Below, one piece after another: positions 52,647-64,000 of a stretch of 64,000 nt of DNA. The stretch comes from Balanoglossus misakiensis. Its lineage: Eukaryota; Animalia; Hemichordata. Numbering within the stretch: the first letter of the stretch is position 1; every line of letters starts with the position of its first letter. Under the pieces are notes generated by a model. The model did not search any database and had not been told where the DNA came from. It saw only the letters and a program-made list of their open reading frames with translations. The position numbers were made by a program, and so were the translations under genes. The DNA lies in contig CM082580.2 of assembly GCA_040954595.2 (NCBI GenBank), positions 6,889,519-6,953,518 on the forward strand, written 5' to 3'.

Positions 52647-55600
52647 ATGGAAAACACAAACATGAACAGCAGCATCAACAGAATAAAGAAAAAGATGCGA
52701 GAGAAGAGGATGCAACAGAAACGATTACAGTCGACATCATTTGATAGATCAAGACGACGTGAGTAGAAAAGCAGTTTACTTCATTTACACACATTGGAAT
52801 TGTTGACTTGTGTCGCAGTCCTTTGACTTCTGAGTTTTATCTTTTGACACCAAAGTCAGCAAAATGTGAAGGGTATTTGTGTGTGTTCAGTTAACAGATC
52901 TTACTGGAGCAACACACTGTACTTGAACAACAAACATCTGACAGCTTCATTGGAAAGTGTCAGGAAGGGTATGCGAGCCGCCCAAGGAGCAAATTTAGAA
53001 CTGTTGAAGGAACGACAAGCTCTTTATGAACGTGTCAACCATCTGCAACAGATAGCTGACAAGAAAATCGAGCAAATGGATCAAGATGTATCTGCTCATG
53101 TTCAGGTAATATTTTTAACCCATACAAGCTGTCTGAATGGCATGCTAGTACCAGTACATTTGCATTTCTTTTTCATTGCTTATACACTTGAAAAATCAAA
53201 CTGAGAAGTCCCAGACAAAATGAGAAAATTGCCTGTTGTCTTAAATAGGTGGAAGATTATTTAGTTTGCATCTAGCTGTCTTTTGGGGGGCTTGATAGCT
53301 AAAGTAAAAGCAACAATGTTTAATTTAAACATGTCTGACAATACAACGTTAGACTAGATACACCAGCAGTGCTATTTTTAAAAAAAGTCAACACTCTTCC
53401 TTTCAGATCAGAATGCAGTCCGTCAAAGAGTTACTGAACAAGACCAGCTACAGTCTGCTGGGCACGGTGGACACAATCCAAGAAGCCCTGCAGTTGTGCG
53501 ACCAGGTTCCCAACTCTGTGGACAGGCGGAGTGGCAGTATCAGGGGTCCGTTGCTGTCCTGGTCGGATGAAGAAAGCGTGAGAAACTCGCTGCCACAAAC
53601 TACTACTGGGTGAGTCTTCACAGCCATGTTGTTTGTCAGCAAAGTCACCCTTCTACCATCATTGCAGCATTTCAGAAGCTCGCATTTGCTAGTTTTTTGC
53701 AATGATACTCTTTTTGTGTTCATTCCAGGCCATCAATTTATTTCAAAAAGCCAGCTAGGCTGACAACTTCTGTGGTTGATACACTGAAGAAGTGTGCTGA
53801 TGACATTGGCAGCGAGGGCGCTGCACTTTCTGTTTCACAGGGTGAGAAGAAGAATTCTACGAAGCCACCTTCATCTCTGGATTGCGTCGAGCCTGTTGCT
53901 GTCATTCCTGATTCTTCTCCAGTCACAAGGTCAAAAACGTCCCGCAAAAGCGTTCAAGAGCAGCAAAATTTGTACCAAGGCAATGCAAAAAAATCAGACT
54001 GCAACGAAGTCAGTAACATTGAGTCAGATGTGATCGAGAAAACTTCTGACTCGGGAGAGCAGACGGCGCCGTCCAATTCCGGAACAAAATCAGCCGCCAG
54101 GAAAAGGAAATCTAAACCGAAAGATAAGAAACAAAAGGAATCTCTTCCTGATGATAGAAATGACAGAGATTTGCAATCTGTGGAAGATAAGAGCGAAGCA
54201 AAAGCACCAGTGACTTCAAATCTGGCAGCATCTTCCTCGTTGAACACACAGGTCGATAGCCACAGTGGTAAACTGAAAAGTGGGGGAAAGGCTAGAAAGT
54301 CAACTGTAAAAGCGGACAGTAAAGGAATCGGCTCAAAACTAAGTCGAAGCTCGGATGACAACAACGCATCGAACCAAACAACAGGAAAGAGGGTTTCACG
54401 TGGTCGGCAACACACTGAAGAGATCGAAGTCACTAGGAATATACACACAGAATTTGACAAAACTGTAGTTTTGAGTGATGGGGAAGCAAACGCAGACCTG
54501 CATGATGGTTGTGAGGACGTGCAATGTAACAATCTTACCTTCCTTCCAGAAAGTGAAAGCTCTGAGGAAATCATCGTAATTTCAAGTCCAACAGAAACCA
54601 CCTCAGAAGATCACCCAGTAGAAAATGGTAACTTTTCAAAATCTTTTTTTTTTAAATATTGAAAACCAGATAATGGAAATTATGAAGATATAACCAAATT
54701 GCTTTCATTGTGACTAGCTTTCATCCAATAGGTCACTTTCATGACCCCTTTATGACCTTACATCCTTGTACATCTATTATATCTTGCTTTAAAAATACAT
54801 TATTTTCATGTGGAAAAAAGGGATCTGAAGTCATTGCTGGATCTTGAATGTAGTAACAACACCGGTAACTCGGAATGAGATCATCATTTTTAATACAGAC
54901 TATCTTGACCCAGTATTGAAAGTAAATGTGAAGACCAGTTTGAAGTAGATAAAGACATGCGCTGTGATTGTTGTCACAATAAATTCAATTTTCATGTCTG
55001 TTTTGCTGTTTTACTTCCGCAGGTAAAACAAGGAGGCGCAGCAGTCGGCTGTCAAACAAGATGGTTCCAGAGTCTCTGCTGCTGGAGCTGGACGAGGCGG
55101 AAATATTTGCCTCAAAGCCCAAGCTTCGACGAACCATGGAGTTGAAGAAAGCAGACGAGGGTGCGGGTGTCAGGTCGGCGACAAACGAGAGGAGGGGGAC
55201 CTTTGTGGTGGACCCCATTGAGAAGGCGAAGAAGGGCGGCCATCGGAGAGTGACATTTTCCAAACAATCAGAGGCGTTACTTGTGAAGGCAGTGGAGAAG
55301 TGCAGCGAGACGGAAACGGAAACTTCGGGGGATGAGCTTGCTTCCGTGGAGACGGTGTTAGACAGCAAGAAACAGAAAAGTGCCACGGAGGAAAGGAAGC
55401 ATCAACACACAAGCACGGAGGCTGGCCTCGACGGGGACCGGGATTCAAAATCGAAGAGAAAGTCTGCAAAGGTTAGATCAGAACCAAGTGATGTTTCGGA
55501 CGAAATCGGAGATGTTGTGGTAGAAAAGGCAGTCGATGAAAATGGCAAGAACGGAATTAAAAGAAAGACTGCAAAGAAGAAGGATAAGGGAGGGGACGGC

Positions 55601-57589
55601 GGGAAAAAGAGCAAGCCGACAAAGATTCCAAAAGTGAAACTGAAGAAACTGGCCGTAGAATACGACGAAGCCGTGAGCCAGAAGTCACAAACAGCAGAAG
55701 ACAGAGTTTTCGACTTCAGCGAGTTCACTGGCGAGAAACGGGGAAAGTCTGTGGAAAAGAAAGACAAGAATATTAAGAAGAAGAAAAAATCTGAGAAGAA
55801 AACAAAAGCCAAGCCTAAGAACTTGGACATGTCTGTGTTTGAACTGTCGCTGGGTAATGACTTTTCCCATCCCAAGACCTTGGTCCCGAGAAGCAAACAA
55901 AAGCCAGATGCAGGTGACCCCGAACTTGAAGTCGAGGAGAAGATTGCAGACGACCAGGACGGGGTCAAGGAAGCGTCTGAAGGAGTGGGCGTGGGCAGTG
56001 ACGGCCGATCGAAGGGAGTGCCCAAGACTCAAGAGAAGCCTGATGGATCGCCCGGCCTACCCCCGGGTCAGACAGGAGGCAAAAAGAAGAGGAGGCTGTA
56101 CTCCGAAACATCACTGTACTCGGACGACGCTGCTGCGGAGCCGGTGAATGTCCATGAGAGTAGCGTGGAAGGGAGTGAAACGGGCGCTTGTGCAACCGAA
56201 GAAGTGTCGACCGACAGGGACCATGGGGAAGAAAGAAGGGAGACCGACACCGGGTGTTCGCAAGAGAACAGCAGAGACAAAATAACAGAAATCGAGGAGA
56301 CTCCCGAGCAGATCATGGTGAGAAGGCGGCGACGACACGTTTCGGACTTGTACAAAGTCCAATTCCATTTTGAATCCGAGGATCCCCATCCAGGTGATGA
56401 CAGTGACCACAGTGACAGAGACGCTCAACAGGCAGGCGTGCCCAATGACACTGACAACCTGAACTTCGGTTCGGCCAAAAGCCCGCCCTATTGCAAGCCG
56501 GTCCACTCCATCATTGAGATTAGCGACAGCGAAGACGAGGGCGACTTCTCGGACAAGCAGCCTGTGTTCGTCAAACCGCAGTCGAAGCCGAGGAAGGCAG
56601 CGGGAAAGAGACGCTCCAAGGGTTCCACGTGTGATCCCCTGCCTTCCGTCCTACCTGCTGCCCAGAAGAACACACCGAAAGAGACGACCGAGATGCAAAG
56701 TCGGCGGCGGCGGTCTCCCAGGTGTGAGAGCGATGGAACGGACGAAGACCCCGCCAGCGTTCCCAGCCCCGATTCGTCAACACCGGCAAAGGGACGGAAG
56801 CGGGAGTCCAACCGGGATTTACAGGCGAGAAAGAGAACCCCAGCCAAGGATAGGGGCCTTCAGCAGGAGCAGTCTCCTGTCGTTGCCAAGAGAAGCAAGC
56901 GAAGTTCAGCGAAAAACATCTGCTTCAAAGAACCGTCGCTCACAGGGTGAGTAGACGAACATGCCTTTTTTCTCTTTGAAGTACAATTAAGATTCTGGTA
57001 TGAGTCTCATCAATAGAATTATTATTTCACGCATCCAAATATGATTATAACCTGCAAACGCGCCTGAATTCTCTACCTCTCCATTCATGGTGCTTGATGC
57101 AACTGTCTGTTTAAAGATGCATTAAGATGCCACAGGCTATGTGTCTGAAATATGTCAGTATAGAAGACGTTTCTCAGACGCAATTTCTAATTTTTTCCAT
57201 TTTTTTTATCTTTCAGGAAGCTGCGTAGAGGTGACAAATACACTTTGGGGTGGGGGAAGTCAGGCAAGAATGCGAAAAACGGTGTCAAGGTTTGTTTTTT
57301 TATCAGTCTAAGACAATGTGTAGTCTTCTCTTGACAATGTACCGTACTTTCTTTTGGGTTTGGACTGAACCATGGTTGTGAAAGGGTTAATGCAAAAAAG
57401 GGAAAAAACGCCCAATGAATTTTCTGCCACAATGCTGCAATTTCAAATAAAGCAAGTGTGACATTTCTTGTATGCAACAGTAACGTTCAACTAAGAGGTA
57501 CTTTTGATGTTTGTTTGTTCATTATCCCACAGGAGCCACGGCAGATTCTGGACAATTTGACAAACACAGTTGGAACAGATGAGGCATAA
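52647..57589 (+). CDS. SGO: Shugoshin family centromeric cohesion protector, ~1160 aa, seven coding exons
   Basis: N-terminal IKKKMREKR and LNNKHLTASL coiled coil; C-terminal SGO motif KRSSAKNICFKEPSLTGKLRRGD. Exons 52647-52758, 52891-53105, 53407-53609, 53729-54627, 55023-56946, 57217-57289, 57533-57589 join in frame. Confidence 0.88.
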
Positions 57590-58572
57590 CAGTAACTCTT
57601 TGGATCTATGGAACAAGTTCAGGACAGTTGTTACGCTTGTACTCCGGAGCAAATATAATTCAATGAACTTTACATGTAGATATAAGTAGTAATTTGACCT
57701 CTTTCAGAATCTGTTCTGTCTTCTTTCCTAGTGTAAACTCTTTTTATTGTGGTTCACATTCTTTTATTTCTCGCATTTTATTTTTGTATTTTACATAGCC
57801 TCTAATGTAAATGTTTTACAGTGTTTTCAGATTTTGTTCAACTTTTGCCTGTCTGTATGTGTTACAATGTTAAATAAATATTTATAATAATTAGTGAAAG
57901 TACTTTTTTATCATTTGGGAGTACAGATAGGTAAACGTAGGGGGGGGGGGGGGTCCAAGGATTTCTTTATATATGCACTGGAATGCAAATTACAGCATTT
58001 ATTTACGTGTTTACTATTGCACATACCGGGTACATGTACTCGAATACGTTTCTGACATACTGTGGTATGAACCCCTCCCCTCAGTAGATACATACTGCAA
58101 CATCAATGTATGTATGTACTATGCATACAAGTAACAAATCAAACCACTTTTTTTGCAGGGTTTAATACAAATGAAACACTACAATCTGTATCCCTTTATC
58201 AGGTTTTAAATTTTTATTCAGTTTTCTTTTTAAAAAAAGTAGAGTTCCACAGTGAAATATCTCTCCATCCTTGTATCGGGCGTTATTTATTCTATACAAC
58301 CACAAACACTGTTGCTTATACACAGTGTTAAAATATCACTCTGAAGATAAACTCAAAATGGAGTACACAGCCCAAATATTATGCACTAAAGGAACGCATT
58401 CCAACGTTTTGATCTTGTTCCAAGCACAACTTGAAGGTGTACATTTCTTTAAAACACTATCAGCTGATCAGGAGCGCAAGCCACCCTTCTTCCGAACATC
58501 CAAAGCAGTTTACTTCCGTCCTGAGCATCTCTTGAAATCGTGTACCGTCTGTTGACAACCTCGACCGCGCGT

Positions 58573-63847
<5,275 letters not shown>

Positions 63848-64000
63848 CTGAAATGAAACGTAAAACAAATATCGTTATTATCGAGTAAACATGAGAGATA
63901 ATTAGAGTGAAAATGAACCTGAACATTTAACATCAATATAATTCTAATATTACTACATTAAACATGCAGATTTTCACTGTTGAAATACGTCCATAACATC

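Overview
Gene-dense, intron-rich animal DNA, probably a marine invertebrate deuterostome (inferred, not established). Genes in order: the 3' part of ARPC2 (+); a U1 snRNA gene (-); an intronless PHYHIP-C-like ORF behind a duplicated promoter/first exon (+); a START-domain gene (+); WDR12 (+); two head-to-head O-fucosyltransferase-like paralogues, one with a duplicated last exon; BBS5 (-); a probable GPI-anchored protein with two PPC-like domains (-); a ~709-aa low-complexity protein of unknown family (-) divergent from a ~1160-aa shugoshin (+); and the 3' part of DHX8/PRP22 (-). The most striking non-coding structure is the 8.2-kb block at 4514-12690. It reads best as Helentron-type non-autonomous elements (HINE/DINE-1-like) inserted one inside another (6 heads, 7 body+tail units), not as a simple satellite. 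Several small MITE families are scattered through introns. All exon boundaries were read by eye, and no database searches were run.
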